Source of the DNA: Pavona decussata
Lineage: Eukaryota
Length of the DNA: 64,000 bases
NCBI GenBank assembly: GCA_977016875.1
Contig: CDRNST010000042.1
Location: forward strand, 1,116,001-1,180,000
Direction: 5' to 3'
Shown here: positions 1 to 13,443 of the stretch, one piece after another
Layout of the letters: the number at the start of each line of letters is the position of its first letter
How positions within the stretch are numbered: the stretch's first letter is position 1
Translations under genes and position numbers: made by a program
The notes under the pieces: model-generated
The model's input: the letters and a program-made list of their open reading frames with translations, nothing else
Database searches by the model: none
Told to the model about the DNA's origin: nothing

Positions 1-620
1 AATTTTCAAACTAGAATACTCAGAAACGCCATTTCCAGCGTTTCTGGAACCAAGGAAACAGTTTCCTAGGCAATGCTGGCGCTCACTAAAATTCTCTTTA
101 AAAAGTAAATTACTGAATGAAAATGGTCAGTTGGTAGGGGAAGGGGGAGGGAGAATGGCAACAACAGAATTTTCATTGGCTTATCATTGCGAATTTATTT
201 GATTTTCAAAAATGTTTGGTAACTTGGGTTGTAGTCCATTCATCGAGAGCAGGAATGAGAACGAATTAGTCACTTCAAATCCGTTTAAATGAAGAGGGGA
301 AACCAATAAAATATCCCGTCGCTCAATTAGCAAAGAAAAAAGAGTTATATGGCCGTTTTGTTATCCTCTTGTCAGTATGTTCATGAGATACCTTAGTAAG
401 AAAAATTTATAATACAGTAGTAAAAAAAAAAATCGCCAATATTAATCTCAAAGTACCAGACGTGGAATGGCAAACGACCGGACGAAACGTCCGGCCTCCG
501 GCCTCAAATGAAAACCCTGCCGCCCTCCCATCAGAAACAAGTGGAAAATAAAAGGCTATCTTGCTTTTAGTGTAGAGCTCTTAACATTTATGAAAGAAAC
601 CCGATCTGTGTTTCCATTAC

Positions 621-3304
621 CTTCCTTGATAAGGTTCTGCATATCATGCAGATCCACATCATGCTGATCACAAAGTTTCAGTTCAGGTGAAGTAACTGAA
701 ATGGGCAAGACAATATAGGATTGAGCAAAATACTATCAACAACACCATCATAACATCTTGAGTATTAACTGAGGGCTGTTTTTATAACCCTGTAATTTCA
801 AAGTAATAAAGAAACGATGAATTATATACCTTGCCTCTTTAAACAAAGGTATTTTTCTGTGGTTGTTATTTACGACTATGCGGAAAAATGATCCACAGCC
901 AAATAGAAAATTGGGGAGCGGTAACCCCGCATTTTTTCAGAGACAAATAAACAACAAGAATTATAAAAGCTTCATAATATAAAATACTACCTTTCTTGAA
1001 GCCTACCGAGATAACCTCTGTAAATCCGGCTGTGGCTACACCCAATTTACTTTTTCAGATTCCAATAATCCTTGCTAAGATCATCTTTCCACGAAGTCGT
1101 AAATCGTGCGCAAAATACATTTGTATTAGAAGGAACCGTTTGTTACGCCGCAAAATGTAATAAGAATCGCTGCAAAATGTAATACTAACGCAAAATGTAA
1201 TAAGAATCGACGCAAAATGCAATAAAGTATTCAACGCAAAATGTAAGAACTTTTCTGAAGCATAATGTAATAATGCAAAATGTAATAACTCACGAATGAC
1301 GTGAATGGTATTGCCTGGGGTTTCGTTGCTCTCCATATTATCGAGGTGTCCGTAATAACAAAGTGTCCGCAAGGCGTGAGTGGAAACGAAACAATGACAC
1401 CCATCCAATATCTTCAAAGTATAAAGGAACGCAATAATAACCTTTATTCATTTATACTTTAGCATTCGCTTATAAAATACTTCAAACAAACTCAAGTCCA
1501 GTTAACAAGGATGTCCTGTTCATGAACTCTAGCGCAGAAGATTACGAAGGGGGTTTCACCCTGATATAACGACAGTCAAACCTCTTTATTACGGACACCA
1601 AGGGGACAGGAATAAGTGTCCGTATTATAGAGGTGTCCGTTTTAGAGACGTATTCTTTACATGGATTTCGGTCTCTCAGGGACCAAGTGAACTGTCCGTA
1701 ATAGAGACGTGTCCGTAAGAAGAGGTTGCACTGTACCCGATTCTGATCTACAGAGTTTTTAAACTGAGTCTCTTTATTCCTATTATGCATTATTTTTTTA
1801 TCCAAAAGTGATTGTTTTGATTACGCGCGTCGCCAAAACAATTACATTTTTAAGCGCCACAATAAGTAGATACGAATTTGAAGCTTTTAAGAGTTCAGAA
1901 TAAAGCCTGTACCCCTGTTATCAATTTATCCATAGGTGAACGTACACTGAATCATGATACTGATTTTGAAATACTATTCACCTCATTCCTGACTTATTAC
2001 ACTTTGCATTATTACATTATGCGTCAGAAAAGTTCTTACATTTTGCGTTAAATACTTTAATATTACATTTTGCGGCGTAACAACCGCTCTTAAAAAACTC
2101 TACTTTCTCCCGAGGTGCGCCAAACGAACCCGAACGAATAAAAGTCAGGGGCACCCAACGACAGTTTTCTCTCAGATCCTTTGAAACACGATCTTAGGTT
2201 ATCTGAAGTGCCTTTAAAGCTCTGCTGGTTTATTTAAGGTCGCGCTATAACACTTATATCTGTTTGGTCATTCTAGCGGAACTTGAGTCTTTTCGAAATT
2301 ATAGGGCATTTTTGTCCACTTCCCGAAAACCTTGGGTCTTATTTCCTTTCCGGAAATCTTAGTTGACCTTTTTTCGGTACCCGAAACAACATTTTTATTA
2401 ATCCAAGAGCACTAGGGCCTTAAATTTCCCATATCACGTGCGCAAGTTCGAAGTGAAAATTCCCTTTAGAAAATTGTAGGGATCAAGGGTCTTCCGAACA
2501 GGTAATTTACCGAAACGATCCGTTGGGTGCCCCCTAAAAGTAGACATCGCCATTGAAAGAATACCTGGAGCATGAAGAAATAGAGCTGCGTCTGCCTTAA
2601 GCCCCACTCACAAAGCACTCATCGGTATCGCTTTAAAGCTATAGGCTTGTACACTCAAATAATACTTGGCTTACAGTATATGTTATCTTAAAGATGGATG
2701 CATTAATTACAATCTTAGAATCATTTCAGCATAAAGTATGTGATATGCACGCTATACCTGAGCATCGCAATCCATGACTCTTTGTTTTAACAGCAGTTAA
2801 GTTTGTTACCTGTAAATTGTCGCCGGCCATAAAAGATAGAATTAAAGGCGGCATGTTTTGATACAGCTGCGAGACCCTTTTCCGACGCAGTCATTTAAAT
2901 TCTTTCGCCCCCGTGATAGGAATTCATTCCGCCGTCTGATGTTTCACACAGCTTCGACAAAATTCCTCTTGAAATCTAAATGAAAAGATTTTGTTACTAT
3001 TAAAAGGGGTTGTTAGTTTAAATGATAAATCCGAAATTCATTATCCATTTTTTTCAATTCGTTTCAGCTTTTTATAGGTGGTTTTCACCTCACACATCGT
3101 CTCGCAAGTGGAAAAAATAAAATCCTCAACCATTCAATAGATAAACTCATAAAGTCAAGATATTGATATGTTGTAGAAGAGCGATACATAAACAACGTGT
3201 GAAAGCCACAGGGCTGTGCGATATCTCCTTATCGAGTTATTCGAGAAAATGTACCACGGAAAATTACAGAGTTTAGTATGGGACGCCATGTTGGTGCTCC
3301 GTCT

Positions 3305-3335
<31 letters not shown>

Positions 3336-4319
3336 CAAAAACATCTGGAGTTTACCTTGGCTATTTCAAAGCCTTTCTTCTCTCTGCTGAACTTTCACAC
3401 ATTGACATTAACACTTCTATTACATGTTAGCTGATCAGACCTAAAAAAAACACGAGGCGAATCGATGTTTTCATGTACGTGACATGTTTAAAGCAGCAAT
3501 CCTTCTGTCACGCACTGCGCAAAAATCTAAAATTCAAACTGCTCTATTTTTAAAACAAAGAATGCTATCGTGCTGAAAACAAGCAAGCCGATGGAAATTT
3601 AGATTTTCTTATATGTGATTAAGATAAAAACCCAAAATTGTCTTTAGTTATGAATTTCAGTTTTCTATGACGTCATGCGAAAACCAAGAATTGGACGTTT
3701 TGAGGTTATTTTAATAATAGATACATGTATATTTACATTCAAACAAACTATCTCTTGACTCCTTACTAGCAAGAAATTTGCAGGAAGTTAAGAGACAAAT
3801 GGAAATAGAAACTTGAGTGCAGGCCCGGCAGCCTTGACAGCACCATTTTCAAAATCAAGCAAAATCCAGTATTTCTCTTGCTAGGACTTTACGATGATGC
3901 AAGTCTATGCAAAAAGGCTTTTTCCTCCCAATGAGTGCTTTGGTTTCATAATAGAATAACAAAACATTTAAACTTTGCAACACATGGATAGATGACTGGG
4001 CACCATAATCGCGTTCCACGTAGGAAGAACGCACTCCTAATACGGATTAGCGAGTTGAGAATGTATGGGACAACGTTGACTCAGTGAATGGATGTATCTT
4101 GGGACACGCATCTGGCATCCCCCACAGATTTTTTTGCAGGGGCAGATGACATCACAAAGGAGAGACAGCCTGGGATTGAGATCATCAAACACACTCCCTA
4201 ATCTTTGATTATTACTAGTTATTAATATTAAACCAAATATTAAGTGTAAAAATCAGTTTCAACTCACCTCTTGAAACATTAATGGAAATGATGATGACAA
4301 TGCTTGAATAGTATATTGC
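621..4319 (-). CDS. Candidate small exons of an unidentified spliced gene (4319-4268, 2809-2758, 695-621)
   Basis: Each has a pyrimidine-rich cag acceptor and an AG|GT donor; phases chain into QYTIQALSSSFPLMFQE-VTNLTAVKTKSHGLRCS-VTSPELKLCDQHDVDLHDMQNLIKE; no homology recognised. Confidence 0.35.
1141..2082. mobile_element. Non-autonomous TIR DNA element with TG..CA ends and subterminal cgcaaaatgtaat repeats
   Basis: tgttacgccgcaaaatgtaata / tattacattttgcggcgtaaca; flanks accgtt / accgct, a probable 6-bp TSD. Confidence 0.8.
1573..1733. mobile_element. Tc1/mariner-type MITE nested in the previous element
   Basis: cagtcaaacctct ... agaggttgcactg|ta; internal gtgtccgta repeats; related copy at about 22529-22640. 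Confidence 0.7.
2146..2535 (+). mobile_element. ~390-bp MITE with 6-bp TSD (copy 1)
   Basis: caggggcacccaacg ... cgttgggtgccccct; aaaagt on both flanks; closely similar to 40677-41063. Confidence 0.88.
3076..3692. mobile_element. MITE-like interspersed repeat
   Basis: Imperfect TIR ggtggttttcac ... gcgaaaaccaag; internal cgccatgttggtg / caccaacatggcg hairpin. Confidence 0.55.
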
Positions 4320-5009
4320 CTGTAAAATATTCCAATTCTGCGCTAACTTTTACCTAAAGATAGATAAACAACATGATTTGTCAAGTGCTGGATAGTTGAT
4401 TTATTTTAAGTATTATGTGAAACCAAAGTTACTGAAAAGTCAATATTTCCTGTGGTGCTGTTTATTATGCTTTATGAAATGTTTGGAGAAATGCGTGCAC
4501 TATGATTGGCTGATTCATTTCATTATATTTCCATAAAGCAATGCACCCCACATGCATGTGAGTTATACATGTCTATAATGCATGGCCATGCTATGACACA
4601 AGCGTGTGCTTACATGTATGTGCAAATCATAGGCCATTTTACAAAAGATGAAGAATAAAATAGAGTAAATTATAATAAAATAAAAAGTAAAATTGGGGAT
4701 AAAAGTGTCACCAAGTTGAATCAAAAGCCTGTGAGGTTGAAAGTGCCTCCCTATCCTGGGGCATTTATTATTTAAGAAATAAAAAATCTTGCTCTTGTAC
4801 ATTGTTGAGTTAAATATTAAGCAATTAGGAATTTTTAAGACCAGTCAAGAAGTGCAAAAGCACTAGCCCACAGTTCATGCTTCTAAGATCTACATGTATA
4901 AGCACTTCCCTGGTGTTGATAAAAATTACTGTATGCCTACATAGTTGCATGTAACTCAACAATGCACTCGCAACATTTTGTTTCCTTAGTAGAATGTGGT
5001 TAAACCTAC

Positions 5010-5700
5010 CTTTTGAGTATGTAGATGAGAATCATAAAGAGTATCCATTCAAATGAAAGCTCTTGCTTGAGCGGTATTTTCCAGCAGTGCTGTTTGTTAA
5101 GTCATGCTATACAACAGTGGTTCTAACTTTTGAGTCTGTGGATGAAATCCTAAAAATGACCATTCAAATGACAGTCACTGAGTAGCCATTTTTTTTTCTG
5201 TGGCGCTGTTTATCAAGCTGTACAGTCAAAGTGGTTAATTTTCTTGTGTCTCTGGATGAAATCTACTGTAACATGTGACCACTGAAATACATGTAAAAGT
5301 TACTGAGCAGAACGTTCCTTGGTGCTGTTTATTGTGCTGTACAAGGCGCAATTTGACTTTTTCAAGTCTGTGGATGAAAACCGACTAGGGTGTGAACATT
5401 AAAAAGTAGGTTACCACAAACAGTATGTTTCTTTTTGACTCTGTACATGTAGATGAAATCACTCATACCAATGCTACTGAGCAGCACTGTCCTGTGGTTC
5501 TGTTTACAACCATGTTCAAGGCTGTTCCAACTTTTGACTCTGGATGAAATCCTAAGGAAAATGGCTACTGTCAACTGAGCATTGCTATCCAGTGGTGCAG
5601 TTTTTTAATGATGCAGTAAGAGCTTAATGTCTTTAGAATCTGTGCAGATGAATTTTTTACTATTAGAATTCAAAAAAAAGCTATTGAGCATTACCATAAA
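5010..5700 (+). repeat. Degenerate tandem repeat of ~100-bp unit
   Basis: Recurrent gagtctgtggatgaaatc...cattcaaatga...actgagcag...cctgtggtgctgtttat; partial unit also near 4430-4480. Confidence 0.75.
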
Positions 5701-6034
5701 CACTGGCAGGGAAGCTGCGCTCACATATAATTATTTTTTTAGCCACCCCCTGAGTTTAGATGGTGAAATTTTGAAAAAAGTTAAATTCGGAAAAAAGCAA
5801 TGACTAGTTATTACTAACAGTACTGCTCAAGTGTAAGTTCACAGTCTTGACTCATCTGTAAGTTACGAGTAGTGTCGCAGCGACTGTTTGTTCTGTGGAA
5901 CTACTGTCTCATTTATCTCCTCCCCAGATGCTGTCAATCAAGAATTTATTATCTTTGCTGATGAACTTAAAATTGAAATGAGGCAACAGTGTTGTGATGA
6001 AAATAAAGAGGCTGTCAAATGTGCCAGGGTAGAT

Positions 6035-6500
6035 GACAGACAGACAAACACCTTTATTTAGTAATAGAGCTCAGGGTAGTCCCTTAAGGAGCTTAAAAGC
6101 ACCCTGCTATATCAATAGGAGCCCTGAGCACTAAATACACTAATTATTGCAATGTAGATATACTATAAAAAGTGATAACAATGTGGAAATTCAAAGATGC
6201 CTTAAAGTCTTAAGTACTAAACCTACGTAGCTTGAGCTAATTCAGGTATATGCAGAAACAGGTTTTATAGTCTGTGCAGGTGGCCAGGAGCCTGCAAGGA
6301 TGTAGCTGCAGGAAGCGGTTGGGGGGGGGGGGGGGGATAATGGGATCCATCATCACCATATTGCTAGGCAAGTTCTGGTTCCCTGTCCTTACGGTTCTTG
6401 GGAAAAAGGACATGAGTTAGGCATTAACGTTGGATGGGAGTTGACGATATTAATTTTGCAGTACTGTGTCTGGTGCTCCTTGGGTTGAGAAATACAGTTG
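6035..6500 (-). mobile_element. LINE 3' fragment
   Basis: Minus strand reads SFFPRTVR, a typical LINE ORF2 C-terminal motif, followed by aataaa and a (tgtc)n tail. Confidence 0.5.
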
Positions 6501-9500
6501 GGGGGAAACCAATGTGGAAGGGGAACCATGATATGCCGGGGGGGATCCCCGGGGGATAGGCACTGCTGGAATGACTGAAACGTAAGAACAAGCTCCCTCT
6601 GACCGGGGACATTTCAAATAATTTTGAGATTTTCTTAGATTTACACTCGGCGGAGAGCAATTTAAGTTGATCTTGACAAGGCGTTTATTCACAATTTTGC
6701 GATACCGTAGCAAAAAATCGAAACTCCAAAACGCCGCATCGAATTAAAGGTTCCGGAAACAGCGCGGACGACGTGTCTTCACGAAAAGTGTATTTCCACC
6801 CAATAAAATTTGATTGAATTCCTTCAAAAGTAACATTACTTACGATGAAGTAGTCCTTTGTCTTTTCTGGTCATTTCTCCCCATACATTTCCTGGAGAAA
6901 GCTCGTAAAACACTCCACTTGATTCGTAAATTGCGCCATGACATGCGATTACTCCAATCAGGCTTGGTAACCACGCATTTTCTCCCAATTGAGGCGTGTC
7001 GGTCCTCGTCTCCAGGGCAGTCCGCGGACAAGGATGAAGACGAGGTTGGGCCAGCTCCAGGACACAGATGAATCAGATGACACACCAGTTGGCGAACATT
7101 CGAGTATGCATATAATAAAATTGCACACTGGTCACACTTAGTTTGCCAAAACGAAGTCCGTACTGAAAAAAATAGAAAAAAAAAAGCTATTCATACTGAT
7201 CAACTTGTCTTCTAACAATGTCTTGTCCTCTCTTGGTTTACATTAATGGTGCCTTTAATTTGTTAGGTTTCCCATTTCAGGCCTAAAATTTACTCTGAGA
7301 GAGATGAAAAACTATGTTCAGACATGCCGGATAAAGAGCGTATTCATGTGACGTCATAATTTTCTAAAATCCAAAACTAAAGAGCCTCCAAAGTTTTTAT
7401 CCTCATCAGGCATAAGAGACCGTACATTTATAACTAGGGAGCTTAAGCAACGACGACGGCAACGGCAACGGCAACGACAACGCCGCAAAACAAAAGGTTT
7501 AACGAGCGAAAACAATGACTTGCACTTTTTCCACTGGATGGTTTTTGATTTATTTTTTCACTGCGTGACAGTGCATACCCTCTATAAGCACTACTTTTAA
7601 AATTATAATGAAATTCCAGGGATATGATTGGCTTAGCAGCCATGGCATATATACCTCCTACTTACCAAGTTCGAGGTCCGGAAGAAATTACCACAAAAGG
7701 ATAACGCTTACCACATAAAAAGGCGCTTCGGGACCACATGACTTTGAGCTTGTTTGAATTTTCCTTGAGGTGTAAGTGGTGGTAAATCGTTTTGTTATGT
7801 ACGTAAAAGGGGTGCCCAGGAATGCCCAATTTCGGTAAACAGTGGTTAGTGGAAGGGTGGATGACTGAATTCCTTTACCGGAAAACTTGTTTAAGATCTT
7901 CCTTGTTTATTGTAAATCCAGGAGCTGTTTCGGGAGTAGATTCTCTTTCTGATCTTTCTAATGTAGCAAATATTCCCGAAAATTTCAAAGGAGATGAAAT
8001 GCAACCTCTGTTCACTTTTAGTTTGATGGTACTCTTACAGATTTAAAACCAGAAAGAAGCCGAGATTAATAACGTGCTTCCAAAAAGGAGAAAATGATTG
8101 CAACTTTTCTTCAGTTAGAATTTTTTCCTAAGTGGCAAACTGATCAAATTCCCGATTTTGAATCGTTGATATTCGTCGCGAAATCCGGGTGTGATAAATT
8201 CCACAAGCGAAAATGAAGGGCGAGATTTCCGCACAACCCCAATTATGTATACATTGTCTGATTGAACTCTATTTAAGCTCGTCGTTTTTAGAAGAGGGTT
8301 AGTATGAAAGTGGTGCATTCCGGTATAATTAATGGACAAGATGTCCGCACAGTTCCATACATTAACTGTATCATTATACCGATTTGTGTGTGTGTGGAAA
8401 TCTTTCCAAATGAACAATCATTGTGGTGTTTTTGTTTTCTTGGTCAAACGTGATCACAAGATCAGGCAGTTGATGTGCTGAGAATGACTAGAAACGCTCC
8501 TTCAGTGCATGACAAAACAAAAATAAGTATTTAATTTTATATTATAGTCATCACCTCTATTAATTATAATCTTGTACACGCAGAACAATTCAAGAACTGC
8601 TCTCTCTGCGCCAACCACAGTCAGAAAACGTAACAAAAGTATGATTATAGAGAGACTTAGAATCGCGTTTTCAGAAACTGAAACGGCTACGTAAGATGCG
8701 CGTTTCGATGCTCCTTTTTTTGATAAAAAAAAGTACATAGATGTTAAGAGTGCAAAATAACTCTGGCCTTTGATGGTAACCCCAAATTACTCAATTTTAC
8801 CGACAAATTGAAAACAACGAGCGGCAAATGAAGGATAAACATGGTCAGGCATGTTCTGTCGTTTGCCGTTTGGCGTAAGCGCAATTCCAAATCTCTCTAT
8901 TATCACTCAACTACAGTGCCGGTGTATTTTGCTTAATTCGATAAATAAAACGGGTATTAAATGAGGTCAAAATTCGAAGCAAACTTCAAAACTAAATGTT
9001 TTAATGGACCTACAACCTTATTAGAAGGTCATGAGCGACGACTAAGTGCCAGCTTAACCGATATTAAACTAATAAAGTGCTATTTCGTTGACAGCAAACT
9101 TCAACGCTGCAATTGAAAATACACCACGAAAATCTGTATAACATAAGGCCGTGGTCATTTACCTGATCGTTGTGGAAGACACTTGAAAACTATAGCATTA
9201 TTAGCTCGCCATGTATTAGCAATTTTCTACTTCAGAGATGCGATCACTTTCAGCTTGGAGACTGAAGCAGTAGACCATCTTCCCCATTCATTACACAATA
9301 CTACTGGCGTAAATCACGATTGAAGACATTGGTTTAGCGGAAAATTAACCACCGAGTTCGTTTTCACTCTTTCAGCCTCCTTCGCCTTCGCCGCAGTGAA
9401 GGTGCAAGCGAAAAATGAATAATCAATGATTTATCTGCAATTCAAATAAAGTTTTCGCATTCCCACATGACAGCAATAGAACACTGTTCATAAATTTCTA

Positions 9501-10090
9501 AGGCTACTTATTTACACGGAAAGTTCTCTTCAAAATCTGTGTTAATGACAACATCAGCGTTTCCAATGAGATATGAGTCTTTGGAAAAATACGATATGCC
9601 TAGGATTTGAAGGCGAAGCGAAAAATCGTGGGTTTGCATTTTTTTCTCACTTAAGTTCCTTTATTCGAAATTACATGAAAAGCTGTATGTAGCCCACGCT
9701 TTCTTCTGCAAAATTTTTAAACTAAAATCCCTTAAATTTTAAGATCAATATAGTCTTGTTTCTTGCATCTTTAAGAAAACAACGTGGAAAATGAAGTTTG
9801 TAACGTTTGGGGTCCTACTGTTTTGTCTTAGAGTCATGTGACCCAACCTCGCTCCCAGGATTTACAACTCGGGAAAGCACTAGGAACGAGGTTCCCATGG
9901 AACCAGACATTTGTTTCACCTGAATCCCCCGGTTTCAACTTCTCTTTGGAGTCCTGAGAGACCCTGAGGTATCACGCCTGTAAAATTGCTTCTTTGTCTA
10001 ATTTCATATGCTGACTTATGCTTTAAACGTTTGCATGTTTATATGTTACTCGGTGACGAGGATCGCTTAACATTGTACTGTCGTACTTAA

Positions 10091-10458
10091 AGGGGAAGTC
10101 TCATGGAGTTTTTGAGCTGTTTGGTTAAAAATGATGAAATAAGACCTTCACATAGCTACAGAAAAATTTTAGAACGAGAGGAAAGAGATGAACTCAATTC
10201 TTGAAAAGGACAACTGGTGATCTGTTCGAGCGCATTTTGAAAACAAAAATGCGAGACCTTGAAAAACGTTAGCTTAACATTTTTCAAGTTTCAATCCATT
10301 CCCACCTACTCTGTCTCTAGCCAGAGGTACTAATCGACAGTTTTATTGCACTAGGATGATAATTTATAACAACACTAGACAGTTATTTTATGTTTCTGTT
10401 GACAGACAAACATTTTTGGGGTCTTGAAATGACATTTAATTCGCGTGATACTTCTCCT
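10091..10458. mobile_element. Kolobok-like MITE with TTAA TSD, inserted at the stop codon of gene A
   Basis: TTAA|aggggaagtctcatg ... cgtgatacttctcct|TTAA; TIR 12/15. Confidence 0.75.
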
Positions 10459-11372
10459 TTAAATAAATAAATTTTGAGAAACAGCCATGTTGTAGAAAAT
10501 CCCTCCCTCCCGACCCATGAGAGCTTCTAAGGTGTCAAGCTCAGCAACCTGACCTTCTCTTAACACTAAGATGACGTCACAGTCCTTAACAGTGTTCAGT
10601 CTATGCGCTATAGTGATCAGAGTGGAATTCTTTAGTTTCTCGTGCACGGTGGTCCAGATGGTCGTCTCTGTATTGGGATCCACATTTGCTGTGGGTTCAT
10701 CCAGTATGACGATCTTACTTTGTCGTAGCAACGTACGAGCCAAGCAGATCAACTGCCGTTCACCGACACTCAGGTTCTCGCCTCGTTCTAAAAGTTCGTA
10801 GTCTAGCTGCCCCTCGAGATTTTCAACCAAACTTTTAAGCTTCACCTCTTCAAGTGCATTCCACAGCTCATCATCGCTGTGTTTTTGTAGAGGATCGAGG
10901 TTCGTTCTGAGCGATTCACTGAAGAGTACAGGTGATTGACTAAGAACAGAAATACATTTTCGAGACTCCTGGAGCTGTATAGTCTTAACAGAAACGTTAT
11001 CAATGTGTATCTCTCCATCAGCTTCAGGCATGCGTAACAGAGCAGCTACAATGGACGACTTTCCATCCCCAGTTCGTCCGACAATTCCTAGTTTCCTTTT
11101 TCCTGGAATCTCAAAGTTTAAATTGTTCAGCACTTGTGGTCCGCCTGGGTAATACCTCAAACCAACGCCTTTAAAGCTCACGTGACCATCATGAGGCCAG
11201 TTTATTGGTGGAAGTGTTTTCATATTATACCCTGGCTCTGATTCGAGGTTGGTATACGCCATAACTCGCTCAACTGACGTCATAAGGTTCTCAACTTCTG
11301 AAAATTGTCGTACAGCATACTGGGAGCGTTTTGCAGTTTCAATGACATAGGCGAGGGCAAGACCTGCTAATG
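10459..11372 (-). CDS. ABCC4: Gene A exon 6 (last TM helix, NBD2, stop)
   Basis: [45 protein letters not shown]; acceptor ttttacag|CA; summed exons 3891 nt = 1296 aa plus stop. Confidence 0.95.
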
Positions 11373-11467
11373 CTGTAAAAAGAAATCACTTCATGTAGAT
11401 TACGTCAGGAAAAATATATGATTACTTTTTTTGGGCTTGTAATCAAGACTGAAGAATGTTAATGACG

Positions 11468-11745
11468 GTTTTTAATTGAGTGTCGAAAGTAATTTCGCGT
11501 TCGCTTTGATTTTGATTTTTATACGCTCTATGATCGGGTAGCAAAGTTCGCGCCATTTTCTCAACCAATGGGAAGCCAAATCAAAACCAATAATGACTTG
11601 CCCGTGGACGTTTTCCCGCGCTTGACCCCTGTTAAATGCATTGTATTTATTTCTGATTGGTTCATTGCGCTGCATACGTTTGCTGTAATGAGCCCGAGTA
11701 ATTACCTTGATTTTGGTTTTACGACACTCAATCGAAAATCACTTT
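11468..11745. mobile_element. MITE family with attgagtgtcg/cgacactcaat TIRs; related copies at about 11860-12025, 13953-14230 and 34090-34320
   Basis: TIR-like ends plus shared internal aaccaat..., ttttcccgcgctt, gattggtt motifs. Confidence 0.65.
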
Positions 11746-12497
11746 AAAGGACAAGCTAAGAAATCGTCCTCGAGTGGGTAAACTTAACCTGTTGAAGTTG
11801 ACCAATTGTAAACTTCAAATGGGAACCAACGAAGAATAATGAACCAAAAGCCTAATAACCAATCAGAATTGTGAAGTAAATATAATACATGTAACTAGGA
11901 TCAAACAGGCAGGGAAACGCGTGCGGGCAGGGCATTATTGGTTTCAGGTTAGCTTCCCAATGGTTGAGAAAATGGCGCGTATTTTGCAACCCAAGCACAG
12001 AGCGCAGTAAGGCAAAACCAAAGGAGGTGTCTCGTTTACAGAGAAACTGTACTGAACTATATATCTCAACGCTAGTTTACACCACTCAAATGACGAAAAA
12101 GTCAAATATATTATAACAGGATAAAACTTCGAACTGACAGGAAGTACGGGCCAGATGGCTAAAGAGGCGGCGCCCTATACCAACCACTTGGCCACGCTTC
12201 CTTCTCTAGCTACTGAAGTCCTTCTTTTATAAGTACATATTTTTCAAACATAACACTGTTTTGTTTGGAAGGATTTATATCTTGTTCCTCTAATTTTTGA
12301 ACTGCAAATTACATCTCAACAAAAGTATTTGAGGGAATAATTGCAATTGAATTAGCTATCACACCTAATCTGTAAATTTCAAATCGTGAATTTTTTCATG
12401 CGGTAACAGTAAAGATAAATTTTCCCTATGTCCCGATTTCGCCCGTGAAATTTTCGAATTCGTCCCGTCCCGACAATTTGTCCTTGGGCCTCTCAGG

Positions 12498-12542
12498 TGA
12501 CTCTGATGATGGCTTCCGCTCAGGTTGTCGAAACGTCAGTCA
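12498..12542 (+). ncRNA. Minimal type I hammerhead ribozyme motif in a Penelope-like repeat (about 12498-12640)
   Basis: tgact-CTGATGA-t-ggc..gtc-GAAA-cg-TC-agtca; stem I tgact/agtca is perfect; stem III is reduced to palindromic ACGT. Confidence 0.7.
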
Positions 12543-13152
12543 GTGTCACCCCAAACAGTCCTTCTCAGGACTACACTCAACCGGATGATCATAATTTACG
12601 TACTTATGGCATGACTCCTGGGTTCAAACCATTTACAGGTTAAAACTGCTAAATGATCTGTTGGGAGTGTTAAGCTTCACTCATATGCCGTGCTTTACAA
12701 TCTTTGCTAAACGAGACCTTCGCCAAGCCAAAGCAGATAGTTCTTGCTATTAGCTATTCATCTCACCTCTTACCTAAAGGAATTTATCCATAAGTGCCAA
12801 TTACTTAAATCAAGGATGGGAAGAAAGAGGCTCTGAACTTTTCTCAGTATTCTAATAAAAGATATTCAGGTTTCCGGTACCATTCCATTTGGCTCTTTCA
12901 GTTCAAATTCGTTCCCAGGGTCTCTCGTATTCCACCCCCTCCAGGAAGACGAGAAGAGGAGAGACCCTGGAAACAAGGTTGGGCTCGTTTATGCTTCACT
13001 TTACTGGTCCGAAATCTCGAGGAGGAGATGTTATCAGTACTAGGGGGGCTTTTTGCTATCGGGTATACGGGACAAACCTAAAGATGAAACACCAAAAGGC
13101 GACAGGAAGTGGAAAAGACAATAACTTATGAGCAACTTGGTGGTCTCTTTAC

Positions 13153-13289
13153 CTGGATGTTGAGATAGAAGAACGGAAGTGAAAGCCACTGCTGAGATTA
13201 GCACTGAGCAAAGGAGATCGGCTCTTACTGCAAGCCATCGAGTACTGGCCGCCACCATAGAAAACAATTGATTATGTTGGTCTTGATGT
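13153..13289 (-). CDS. ABCC4: Gene A exon 5 (TMD2)
   Basis: HQDQHNQ...STRWLAVRADLL; ttcatag|A ... CCAG|GTAAAG; 137 nt as in gene B. Confidence 0.9.
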
Positions 13290-13443
13290 CTATGAACAAA
13301 CCAAATTAAAACAGTTACAAAGTATTCGTGTAAGACGGTCTGGGTACAAAAAAATGTTTTGGAAAATTGCAAGAGGCTGGATCGTAAGTCGGAAAACAAT
13401 CGGACAGCATATTATTAGGCGGAGCACCATGAGGAATATCAAT

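Noticed and set aside
1141-1290. CRISPR-like spaced repeats (also 22995-23120 and 5010-5700)
   Set aside because: Eukaryotic context, irregular short spacers, no cas genes; explained as transposon subterminal repeats or satellite.
5928-6028. Possible plus-strand exon (AVNQEFIIFADELKIEMRQQCCDENKEAVKCAR)
   Set aside because: Good acceptor but weak donor, no partner exons and no recognisable homology.
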